The translations under genes were made by a program, and so were the position numbers. DNA of 43,477 nt from Promethearchaeota archaeon Loki_b31. GTDB taxonomy: Archaea > Asgardarchaeota > Lokiarchaeia > Sigyniarchaeales > SOKP01. The notes beneath the pieces were generated by a model, which was not told the origin of the DNA, ran no database searches, and was given only the letters and a program-made list of their open reading frames with translations. The DNA lies in the NCBI GenBank assembly GCA_005222975.1, contig NJBI01000029.1, positions 1 through 43,477 of the forward strand, in the 5' to 3' direction. Shown piece after piece: positions 18,408 through 27,322 of this stretch; position 1 is the first letter of the stretch; each line of letters starts with the position of its first letter.

Positions 18408-19157
18408 ATGATACACGATTTTTTAATAATCAAAGACGGTTTACCATTATTATTCAAGAACTTTTCCAGTAATAAAAACATTTTTTCGCAAGGTGATTCA
18501 TTATTATTGGTATCGGGATTCTTTTCAGCATTAAACTCATTTTCTGACTCGTTTGAGGATTTAGGAACGATAAGTGAATTAAAATTATCTAATAACGATT
18601 TAAAATTATCTTTTTTAAAAGATTCAAGCATCCCAAATTTACTATATATCGCTACTTATGACGAAAAATCTAAAGCCATAAATGTACTAAGAATCCTACG
18701 AAAAGTGTCTCGTACATTTTTACAAAAATTCAACATCAATGAAATATTAAATTGGAGAGGAAGAACAAATGCATTTGAGACGTTTGAATGCATATTAGAA
18801 CGCTTTAAAAAAGAAGAATTAGAAGATAGTGAATCTGGGTTCAAGGAAAGAATCGTTGAATTATTCAAAAGTGTAGAAGAAAAACTTAATGAAGAATCCA
18901 ATTTATATGCATTAAAAGGTAAATTAGAGCCTTCGCCGGACTTACCGCATTATTGCAATCAAATTCCCCGTTTCACTATTACTAAAAAAATTAATCCAAA
19001 ATATTTTTTAACTGGCGAAACTTCATGTAAAGTTTTTTATCAAATTAATGGAAAGAAATCAATTGAACAAATTGCGAAAAGTTTGGATTTAGAATATTCA
19101 CAAGTATATAATATTTCGAAAAATCTTATCAAACTTGGTTTTATTAGTTTATCTTAA
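18408..19157 (+). CDS. Longin-like domain plus C-terminal winged helix (NPRL2-like architecture)
   Basis: LIIKDGLPLL and LVSGFFSALNSF typical of Asgard longin domains; C-terminal QINGKKSIEQIA..NLIKLGFI wHTH. Confidence 0.75.
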   Translation: MIHDFLIIKDGLPLLFKNFSSNKNIFSQGDSLLLVSGFFSALNSFSDSFEDLGTISELKLSNNDLKLSFLKDSSIPNLLYIATYDEKSKAINVLRILRKVSRTFLQKFNINEILNWRGRTNAFETFECILERFKKEELEDSESGFKERIVELFKSVEEKLNEESNLYALKGKLEPSPDLPHYCNQIPRFTITKKINPKYFLTGETSCKVFYQINGKKSIEQIAKSLDLEYSQVYNISKNLIKLGFISLS

Positions 19158-20104
19158 TACTCGTATTTAAAAATTTCAAAAACCCACGCTCGCCCGCCCG
19201 CTTTTTCAATAGCTCGAGCAACTTCCTCTTGCTTTCCAGGAGCGATCGCGAGCATACAACCTCCCCCCCCAGCACCCATTTGTTTTGCTCCATAAGCACC
19301 AGCATTTTTAGCTGCTTTACATAATTTCAATATCTTTTCTGTTGCTGTCTCTAGGATAATTTCTTGTTCTTGCTGAATATCCATGTACATTCCAAACTTT
19401 TTAAAATCGCTTTTCAATAATGCTTGTTTGCCTTGATTTACACAATCCTCAATTATCTTAAAGGCATTTAATGTTAGGGAATCTCCTTCTCTGATTTGTC
19501 TTTTAATTCTATTTAATACTAAAACCGCTTTTCTTTCTTCAATCGAATCCCCTACTACGATTGGTAGATAACTAATATCTAGTTGTTCAACTCTAGGATT
19601 TTCATTAGTATGAATAAAAGTTATACCACCATGAGCTATACTATATTGATCCATTCTTCCACATTGAATGCCTAAATCGTGATTTTCTCCCAAATATGCA
19701 AGTTCAGCGATTTCGTTGTTAGAAAGGTTAAAAGAAAAAGCTTTACTCATTGTTCGTAAAAATCCTACGGATATTGCTGCCGATGTAGATAATCCTACGC
19801 CTATAGGAATATCAGATTTAACTTCTAAAACAAACCCATGGGTAATTTTTTCTTTCAACCGTTCATACAAAACACTCCAATAACCTAAATCATTATCTCT
19901 TGGAGGTGAATCACCCAAATTAAATTTAATTTTTTCTTTCGTATCATGACTATAAAGTTCAATTATGTCGTCAGACCTAGCTGTGTAATTAAGCCTCATC
20001 ATTAAGTTTATTGCCATAGCTATAACAGGTTTTCCCAATAGATCAACCTTATCGCCCATCAAGCAAATTCTTCCTGGAATTTCTAGACTTTTTATGTCTT
20101 CCAT
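19154..20104 (-). CDS. GHMP kinase (second paralog)
   Basis: PGRICLMGDKVD, IPIGVGLSTSAA, CGRMDQ, GAKQMGAGGGG. Confidence 0.88.
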   Translation of the reverse strand: MEDIKSLEIPGRICLMGDKVDLLGKPVIAMAINLMMRLNYTARSDDIIELYSHDTKEKIKFNLGDSPPRDNDLGYWSVLYERLKEKITHGFVLEVKSDIPIGVGLSTSAAISVGFLRTMSKAFSFNLSNNEIAELAYLGENHDLGIQCGRMDQYSIAHGGITFIHTNENPRVEQLDISYLPIVVGDSIEERKAVLVLNRIKRQIREGDSLTLNAFKIIEDCVNQGKQALLKSDFKKFGMYMDIQQEQEIILETATEKILKLCKAAKNAGAYGAKQMGAGGGGCMLAIAPGKQEEVARAIEKAGGRAWVFEIFKYEY

Positions 20105-20191
20105 TTTTAAAATAAACTTATATTAATTTAGAAAAAATAAATGTTAACAAAAGGATGTTAAATTAAATACTGTAATAATAAAATAAAAGAA

Positions 20192-20497
20192 TTATTTTTG
20201 AACTCTTTTCTGGTGTTGCTTTTTCCTTTTTTTTTCTTTATCTTCGATTTCTTCTTCGAGTTGTTTTAATCCAGGATCATCCTTCCCTTCAAATTTGAAT
20301 GTTCCAACAATTTTACTTTCTTGTTTTTCTCCTGATTTGCTTATTTTTTCGAATGTAATTATAACTGGTTTATTTTGGTTTAGAGCCATATTGATAAAAT
20401 TTATGAAACCAGAATGTTTACTTGGAGCTATATTGAATTTAATGGATATTTCTTTGTCTTTTTTAGTTGTAGTCTTCAGTATAAGTCGTAATTTCAA
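20192..20497 (-). CDS. Small basic hypothetical protein
   Basis: 101-aa ORF, TTG start with GTGA upstream, Lys-rich C-terminus; fills an intergenic gap. Confidence 0.7.
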   Translation of the reverse strand: MKLRLILKTTTKKDKEISIKFNIAPSKHSGFINFINMALNQNKPVIITFEKISKSGEKQESKIVGTFKFEGKDDPGLKQLEEEIEDKEKKRKKQHQKRVQK

Positions 20498-20630
20498 TTA
20501 TTGTCACGTAATTTTTTTTATAGTATAATTGTATAATTGTTTTAAATTCTTTAAGATTATTAGATTAAAAAAATTATAAATATTAAAATTAAGTATTATA
20601 TATAAATAAAAAGAATTTCAAGAGGTCATA

Positions 20631-21416
20631 ATGTCTACTAATCTTTTTCCTTACAAATATCTAAAGGGGCAGTGGTATCAAGCAGACGAAATTAATGACA
20701 GCGATGTTGTTGTTATTGTAGATACTTCACAAGAAACGATTTGGTTTCAGGGGGGGAATAAAAGTACGGCTAGAAATCGTAGTGATGCTCGAGCATTATT
20801 AGGCGATTTAATGGAGAAATATACGTCTTACGAATTTAAAAGAGTATCGAATGAAACCCCAGACGAGATTTTAGTAAAATTGGAAGATTTAAAAGAACTA
20901 TATTATGTTAGAAGTGTTGCAAGTTTAAATTATGATTTGAGAAAAGCATCTAGTATTTATTTCTATTTAAATAGCATTGGTTGTCTACTATTAATCATTT
21001 CTATATCTTTCTTAGGATTATTAATATTTGGTTCTGGAACATCATTTATCGATTCACATCTTCACTATTCAATACTTTTTGAGAATTTCATATTTCAAAT
21101 TTCTTTTATTTCTACGTTATTGATAGTTTCTTTTTCATTATTTGTAACCAGTACCATAATGGGAATTTTTTTAAAGAAAAAACAGTTATTCACCAAAACG
21201 CTAATATCTGGAATTATAATATTTATTACTTTCTTTATAATAAAAATATGGGATATATCGCTGTATTACGAAATTATTGGACAGTTTATATATTTTAGGA
21301 TTGATGCATTAATTTGGTTTGCGTTTTGTATTGAAATCCTTCAGGCACTCGCGATGATAATAGGTTTCTATACGGGAATAATTAGTTTTAAAAAAATATA
21401 TGAGAAGAATGATTAA
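20631..21416 (+). CDS. Membrane protein with N-terminal gelsolin-like domain and four TM helices
   Basis: INDSDVVVIVDTSQETIWFQGGNKST..A..ETPDEI resembles a gelsolin repeat; four hydrophobic helices follow. SD GAGGT. Confidence 0.6.
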   Translation: MSTNLFPYKYLKGQWYQADEINDSDVVVIVDTSQETIWFQGGNKSTARNRSDARALLGDLMEKYTSYEFKRVSNETPDEILVKLEDLKELYYVRSVASLNYDLRKASSIYFYLNSIGCLLLIISISFLGLLIFGSGTSFIDSHLHYSILFENFIFQISFISTLLIVSFSLFVTSTIMGIFLKKKQLFTKTLISGIIIFITFFIIKIWDISLYYEIIGQFIYFRIDALIWFAFCIEILQALAMIIGFYTGIISFKKIYEKND

Positions 21417-21434
21417 AATTAGCGAAAAAATAAA

Positions 21435-22073
21435 GTGGATCTAAGAGTTATGGCTTCAAAATTTCGTCTTCGTAGAATATTTCGACCCTTTATTAATTTA
21501 TTAGCGAAGGGATTAGGCAAAATTGGCGTGAATCCTAATTTAGCAACGATCATAATGCTTTGTTTTTCTATTTTTAGTTTTTTTACTCTTGTTTTTTTTT
21601 TTAATTTATTTTTTTTCTCTATATTTGTATTTTTAGTGGGTATTTTTGATGGCGTTGATGGGGCAATCGCTAGGATAAAGAATAGAGCAACAACTTTTGG
21701 AGGCTTCTTTGACTCAGTTATGGATAGAACGAGCGAATTTGTAATTTTTTTTGCTCTTTTGTTTTATTGCTGGAATTCTATATTATGGGGATTTTTTGAT
21801 ATGAAAATAATAATTTTTATTTCTTTTTTAAGTTCGATAATGATAAGTTATTTGAGAGCGAGAGCTGAGACCTTTTACAAAGGAGATTTTGATTATGGGT
21901 TAATGGCTAGATCAGAGCGGCTATTTTATTTGTTTATTACTATGTTAATCGCGAATTTTTATGGATTCGTTAACGAATTTTTATTTCTTTTTATGATTTT
22001 AGTAATAGCTACGGCTTACTTTAGATATTTTAAAATTAAGAAGCTTATAAGAAATTTCGAAAAAGGAAATTAA
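21435..22073 (+). CDS. CDP-alcohol phosphatidyltransferase (archaetidylinositol-phosphate synthase-like)
   Basis: PN motif, DGVDGAIAR..GGFFDSVMDR signature, SYLRARAE, GLMARSER. Start may be ATG 21450. Confidence 0.92.
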   Translation: MDLRVMASKFRLRRIFRPFINLLAKGLGKIGVNPNLATIIMLCFSIFSFFTLVFFFNLFFFSIFVFLVGIFDGVDGAIARIKNRATTFGGFFDSVMDRTSEFVIFFALLFYCWNSILWGFFDMKIIIFISFLSSIMISYLRARAETFYKGDFDYGLMARSERLFYLFITMLIANFYGFVNEFLFLFMILVIATAYFRYFKIKKLIRNFEKGN

Positions 22074-22116
22074 AATTTAACCTTATTTTACAATTTAAAT
22101 AGATTCTATCGTATTT

Positions 22117-22821
22117 CTATCTATTTTTAAGTAATTCAATTATTAACTTATCTCCATCTTTCAAATTATAATAATCTCTTAAATAAGGCTTCGCTAAGAT
22201 CTCTATTATGTTTTTTTCGTGATGAGTTCTTTTAATATCTAATATAGCAGCTTTTCGGCGATTATTTTTATCATCCATTCGGGAGATGTACACATCATAG
22301 CATTTAACAGCCCCGTATTCTCTACTTTGATCTTTAAACCCCTCAATTATAACTGGTGATATATTTTGTAGTTTTTCACGTAAAATTGTGTTTGTAGCAT
22401 CAGTTAATAATAAATTTAACGTACCTATATAAGGTTCGAAGCCTAATTTTTTTTTAAATTGATCATAATAACCTCTAATGGCAACATAATATCCACCTTC
22501 GTGTATACCCTCTACTACTTCGCCAACGATCAAAATTGACTCAAGGAGAGATTTCAAATTTTTATAAACTGTAAGCATAACATTAGTTCCTTCTTTAGTT
22601 ATTGATATCGTTTGTGTTTTACCATCAGTTTTTCTTTTGATCCAATTTAATTCAATTAACGCGTTAATTCTCCGACTCCCTGATTGTTGACTTAATCCTA
22701 ATATTTCACCAAATTTAATAGTGCTTATAGTAATATTACGCTTATTCTTTGTTAATCGACAAAGTTGATAAAGAGCAAACCAATTAACATAATTTTCCTG
22801 TGAGATTTCTTCTTCAGCCAA
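22117..22821 (-). CDS. ribK: CTP-dependent riboflavin kinase with N-terminal wHTH (RibK/RbkR-type)
   Basis: LGLSQQSGSRRI HTH; GEVVEGIHEGGYYV, LGFEPYIGTLN, RTHH..IIEILA..YLR. Confidence 0.9.
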   Translation of the reverse strand: MAEEEISQENYVNWFALYQLCRLTKNKRNITISTIKFGEILGLSQQSGSRRINALIELNWIKRKTDGKTQTISITKEGTNVMLTVYKNLKSLLESILIVGEVVEGIHEGGYYVAIRGYYDQFKKKLGFEPYIGTLNLLLTDATNTILREKLQNISPVIIEGFKDQSREYGAVKCYDVYISRMDDKNNRRKAAILDIKRTHHEKNIIEILAKPYLRDYYNLKDGDKLIIELLKNR

Positions 22822-22837
22822 TAGTCCACCAATAAGT

Positions 22838-23275
22838 TTATTTTTTTAATTGTTCTACAATTTTCTTTTTAATAAGACTAGAAGAGTGTAGTTTATATTT
22901 ATCATAATAAGTATCTAACCTTTTAACTGTTATGTGGGTCAGCCCTTTTTTTATTAATTCTCGTTTTAGTACTTCTATATCGTATTTTTGATCTGGTCCC
23001 AAGAGAATTATGTCTGGATTTATTTCTTCAACAGTTTTAAGCGTATCGTTATCAGATCTTCCTAATCTAGCTTCTTTTACATTTTTTATATTTTTTATTA
23101 CTTCTAATCTCTGATCTTCAGGTACTATTATTTGATAATTTTTAAATTTCTCTGCGTTTTTATCTGTAGATACTATGACATAGACATCACCCATTTTAGC
23201 AGCTTCTTGGATTAAGTATAAATGTCCTGGATGGAGCAGATCAAAAGTTCCAGCAATAAGTACTTTTTTAACGAT
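22838..23275 (-). CDS. ribL: FAD synthase / FMN adenylyltransferase (cytidylyltransferase family)
   Basis: Frame upstream of the track ATG (23194) encodes KKVLIAGTFDLLHPGHLYLIQEA with the HxGH motif; PDIILLGPDQ, SSSLIK. Start is ATC 23275, or ATG 23285 with a one-base error in an A8 run. Confidence 0.85.
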   Translation of the reverse strand: MVKKVLIAGTFDLLHPGHLYLIQEAAKMGDVYVIVSTDKNAEKFKNYQIIVPEDQRLEVIKNIKNVKEARLGRSDNDTLKTVEEINPDIILLGPDQKYDIEVLKRELIKKGLTHITVKRLDTYYDKYKLHSSSLIKKKIVEQLKK

Positions 23276-23319
23276 TTTTTTTCATCTCGTTTTAATGTAT
23301 TCAATTAAATTTTTAAAAA

Positions 23320-23940
23320 TTATTGAGATTTAAGACTTTTTTCCATACATCTTTTTAAATCATTCATTTGAAGGGAGATTGAAACGTCTCCTCTAGTTTT
23401 CTCTATTATACTTCTCGCTACATCTGTTTTGTGCCTTAAATCTTGAGTTAATCCAGAGGGGTAGTCAATCGAAAACAATTGCGTGTAGATATCATCCATA
23501 CTTTCTAAGATATAGTTTAGATCGTCTATAATAGAATTTCTAATATTATCTAACGCGTATCTTCGCAATTCTCCGATTACATCAGCAAGCCCTAAAGCAT
23601 AATTTAAAGGCGTTATGTTTAATTCACTAGGCAATGGAAGAGCCTCTTTTGAAATAATCGAATAAAACGCGACAGCTTCTGCGTATTCTTGTTCTGCAGT
23701 TTTTAAATACTTGGATAAAACGCCTGGATTATCTTTTACCAATAATAATAATTCTTTATGGTTTTGTTTTATAATTGAAACTTTTTCGCGATATTGATTA
23801 AATTCTTTTCGATGTATGTTCTTAATTGCAATACTACATTCCCGAATTATCCTTCTGGACATTTTGAGTATTTCTTCTCTATCTTGATCTAATTTATCCA
23901 GAACTTTTGTTAATTCAGAGAAAATATTTTTAAGCCTCAT
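23320..23940 (-). CDS. Translin/TRAX (C3PO)-family protein
   Basis: REEILKMSRRI, QEYAEA, YALGLADVIGELRR and LRHKTD motifs; acidic catalytic positions appear intact. Confidence 0.92.
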   Translation of the reverse strand: MRLKNIFSELTKVLDKLDQDREEILKMSRRIIRECSIAIKNIHRKEFNQYREKVSIIKQNHKELLLLVKDNPGVLSKYLKTAEQEYAEAVAFYSIISKEALPLPSELNITPLNYALGLADVIGELRRYALDNIRNSIIDDLNYILESMDDIYTQLFSIDYPSGLTQDLRHKTDVARSIIEKTRGDVSISLQMNDLKRCMEKSLKSQ

Positions 23941-24033
23941 TCTTATAAATAAATATTTTAGTAATAATTAATTTCAATTTTAAATTGTTAATTATCAAAA
24001 GGAAGAAAAATATTTAGGATTTTTGATATAATC

Positions 24034-26094
24034 ATGAAAATTTTATTAATTCACTCCGATGGGGTAGAAGTTATAAAAAATAAAGTAGCCACAAGCAATC
24101 CACAAGATTTTCCCGAAGATGTAATTAAAATGGAGGGCTTAATTTTAGTGGCTTATGTATCTGTAGAAGATCAAGATACATACGATACAGATTTGATTTC
24201 CAAACAAGGTGCTCAAGTGATAGAAGACGCAATAATTCAAATAACGAATTTTCCCGAAAAAATTAGACGTAAAAACGAAGAGATAAGAGAATATAATAAA
24301 AAGATTGAAAGTGGCCAAACTAAAGGGAAACCAAGAAAAATTCTTGAGTTAATAAAGGAAAGGGGTACTTATAGGGTTGATCAAGTATTAGTTTACCCTT
24401 GGGCGCATTTAAGCAAATTTCTTAGTAATGAATCAAACGCTATGGATGTTTGTCCCAAAATAGCAGAATTCTTAAAAGAAAAAGGTATAAAAGCGAAATT
24501 TTCTCCATTTGGTTGGTACAAATCTTTTAAAATAAACTGTATTGGTCACGAAGTAGCTGAGATGTACCGAGATGTAAAGTTATTTATTCAACCCGGAGAA
24601 CACATAGAAAACGCTGTGTTTAAAGTAATTACTCCCCAAGGAACTGAATTAGATTTAGAATTTGACGAAGACAAAAATGTCTTGCCCTTAAAAGAGGTTA
24701 AAGACGAAGATTTCCAGCTTTTCTTAGAATCTGAATTAGGAACGAAAAGAATAGACGAAGGAATCGAACCAGCTCATATCAAAGTAATGAAAGAATTTGA
24801 GCTTGTAGATTTCGATCCAAATACAGATGCGGGGAACCTCCGTTGGTACAGTAAAGGAATGATCATGAAAAACTTGATCAAAAGTTTTGTGGAAGATAGG
24901 ATAATTGATTATGGCGCTATTCTTATTGACACTCCTCTTATGTATACGACTAAAAACAAAAAGTTAACCGCCCAAACTGCACGTTTTCCAGCGAGGAGTT
25001 ATTGGGTTGAATCGGGAAATGATAGGTATATATTAAGATATGCTTCTGATTTCTTACTTTTTGATTTATTAAGCTCTATGAATTTAAAACCTCATTATTT
25101 TCCATTAAGAATATATGAATGGGAACAATATTCCTTTAGACGGGAAATGAAAGGAGAACTTACAGGTTTGAGAAGGTTAAGAAGTTTTGTAATGCCTGAT
25201 ATGCACACATTATGCAAAGATGTAAAGTCCTCCGTAGAAGAATTTAAAAGTCAATACTTCTTAATAAAAAATCTTTTAGAAGACCTGGGAATAAAATCTT
25301 ATATAATTTTCAGAGCAACTCAAGATTTTTATAGAGAAAACAAGAAATGGATTAAAGAATTGATAAAGAAAGAAGGACAACCAGCTTTATTAGAATTATG
25401 GGAAGAACGGTACTTTTACTTTGTTTTAAAATTCGAAAGACCAGTCCTCTCAGCTCAAAATAGAAGCGCTACACTCTCAACTAACCAAATTGACCTAGAA
25501 AGCTCGCTTGAATATATGTTCGATAACAAAGGAATAAAGAGACTAAAATATGACATTCATTTTACAGATATTGATGGTATAAAGAAGTATCCTGTAATTC
25601 TTCACAATTCTCCAACGGGGGGGCTAGAAAGAATTTTATGGGGGTTGATTGAAACAGCTGTTAGGGATAAGGACAAAATTATTCCCGGATTTAAGACGTG
25701 GATATCCCCTATACAAGTAAGAATTATCACAGTTAGTGAAGATCAGAAAGAATACGCTGAAAAAGTTTTGGAGATTCTCAGCAGAGAATTTTACAGAGTA
25801 GATTTTGATGATAGAGATGAGAAATTAGGAAAAAAAATTCGACAATCCGAAATAGAATGGATACCATATACAATAATATTAGGTAAAAAAGAGCAAGAAG
25901 CTCAAACCATTTCGGTACGAAAAAGATTAATCGGTCAACCTATTGGCCCAAAAAAAGGCACTTCAAAAAATATAAACGATATAAAATTAAGCGAACTACT
26001 GGAAATGCTCGACGACGACACGAAAGGGTTCCCTAAACACAAATTACCAAAACCTTTTAGACGATTTTCAACCAAAGTGTATTTTAGAAAGTAA
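24034..26094 (+). CDS. thrS: Threonyl-tRNA synthetase, archaeal type with N-terminal editing domain
   Basis: MKILLIHSD, YPWAHLS, PFGWYK editing domain; FRREMKGELTGLRRLRSFVMPDMH motif 2; ILHNSPTGGLER motif 3; anticodon-binding domain. Confidence 0.96.
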   Translation: MKILLIHSDGVEVIKNKVATSNPQDFPEDVIKMEGLILVAYVSVEDQDTYDTDLISKQGAQVIEDAIIQITNFPEKIRRKNEEIREYNKKIESGQTKGKPRKILELIKERGTYRVDQVLVYPWAHLSKFLSNESNAMDVCPKIAEFLKEKGIKAKFSPFGWYKSFKINCIGHEVAEMYRDVKLFIQPGEHIENAVFKVITPQGTELDLEFDEDKNVLPLKEVKDEDFQLFLESELGTKRIDEGIEPAHIKVMKEFELVDFDPNTDAGNLRWYSKGMIMKNLIKSFVEDRIIDYGAILIDTPLMYTTKNKKLTAQTARFPARSYWVESGNDRYILRYASDFLLFDLLSSMNLKPHYFPLRIYEWEQYSFRREMKGELTGLRRLRSFVMPDMHTLCKDVKSSVEEFKSQYFLIKNLLEDLGIKSYIIFRATQDFYRENKKWIKELIKKEGQPALLELWEERYFYFVLKFERPVLSAQNRSATLSTNQIDLESSLEYMFDNKGIKRLKYDIHFTDIDGIKKYPVILHNSPTGGLERILWGLIETAVRDKDKIIPGFKTWISPIQVRIITVSEDQKEYAEKVLEILSREFYRVDFDDRDEKLGKKIRQSEIEWIPYTIILGKKEQEAQTISVRKRLIGQPIGPKKGTSKNINDIKLSELLEMLDDDTKGFPKHKLPKPFRRFSTKVYFRK

Positions 26095-26122
26095 CGCGCG
26101 AATTGCGTATATATGGTGATGT

Positions 26123-26752
26123 ATGATTACAAAAATAAAGTGTGTTATTATCGATTTAGGAGATGTAATTATTGATTTAGATTTTAGTAGGTTCTTTAAT
26201 GAGGTAATAACTCCATCTCCTTTGAATAAACCTAAAACTCCAATAATGTTAGAATTTTTTCGTCAATCAGATACTTATCACCAAGGTAGAATAACAGATA
26301 AAGAGTTCTACCAACAAGCTTGCGAATTGCTTGAAGTATGTGCTCTTAATCAAACTGAGTTTTATAACGCGTTTAATAGTATTATTGCAGACCTCAATCT
26401 AGATATGGTTGATTTAATTAGAAATATTAAGACTTTAAATAATTTAAAGATAATATGCATGTCAAATATTAATTCTAGTCATTGGACTTATTTGAAAAAA
26501 CAAAAATGGAATATTTGGGAGCTTTTTGACGAATTTATTCTCTCGCATGAAATACACATGACAAAACCGGACCCGAAAGTTTTCGAGTATGCTTTAAAAA
26601 TAGCAGGGTGTAAACCAGAAGAAATTATATTTATTGACGATGGTTTTAATAACGTTCGATCAGCTCGGGTATTAGGAATAAATTCAATAAGATTTATCGG
26701 ATTGGATAATTTGGTTGAAGAGATCCAAAAGTTCGACATAAAGGTAGGCTAG
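26123..26752 (+). CDS. HAD-family phosphatase (YihX-like)
   Basis: IIDLGDVI, MSN, KPDP, FIDD motifs I-IV. Confidence 0.9.
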   Translation: MITKIKCVIIDLGDVIIDLDFSRFFNEVITPSPLNKPKTPIMLEFFRQSDTYHQGRITDKEFYQQACELLEVCALNQTEFYNAFNSIIADLNLDMVDLIRNIKTLNNLKIICMSNINSSHWTYLKKQKWNIWELFDEFILSHEIHMTKPDPKVFEYALKIAGCKPEEIIFIDDGFNNVRSARVLGINSIRFIGLDNLVEEIQKFDIKVG

Positions 26753-26797
26753 AAGGGTTGAATGATTAAATAGGGTATTGAATTTTATCTTACGCTG

Positions 26798-27322
26798 TTA
26801 TTTCCCAATATTAATGTTATCTAAACATGCTCGAGCTAATTTCTCAAAAGCTAGTTCAACATTATCTCCCGTTTTAGCAGAAGTTTCTAAATACTCGCAA
26901 TTTAATCGTTTTGCCAAGTCTTCTGCCTCACTCCTCTCAATTTGGCGTTCTAAATCGTTCTTATTTCCGACTATAAGTATAGGTATTGACTTTTTAACTG
27001 TTTTCTTTATACTGCTAATCCATCCAGGGAGTTTTAAAAGAGATTGAGGCGAAGTTAAATCGAATACTCCAAATGCCGCATTACTCCCCTTAAAATAGAT
27101 CGTACGTAGTTTTGCAAACTGATCTTGTCCGCCTATGTCCCAGAGTAGTAGCCTAATGTTCTGTTCGTTAATCAGAACATCCTTTATCAAGAAATTCGAA
27201 CCAATGGTTTGTTTTAAATCGGAACTAAAATAATCTTTTATATATCTGACGAGTAGGGATGTTTTACCTACACTCCCAGGTCCAAACAAACAAACTTTAA
27301 ATTTTAACGACGATTCTCCCAA
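26798..27322 (-). CDS. Rab-like small GTPase
   Basis: G1 GPGSVGKTS, G2 TIG, G3 WDIGGQ, G4 NKND, G5 ETSAK; no C-terminal prenylation motif. TTG 27322 follows SD GGTGA (track start 27334). Confidence 0.93.
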   Translation of the reverse strand: MGESSLKFKVCLFGPGSVGKTSLLVRYIKDYFSSDLKQTIGSNFLIKDVLINEQNIRLLLWDIGGQDQFAKLRTIYFKGSNAAFGVFDLTSPQSLLKLPGWISSIKKTVKKSIPILIVGNKNDLERQIERSEAEDLAKRLNCEYLETSAKTGDNVELAFEKLARACLDNINIGK

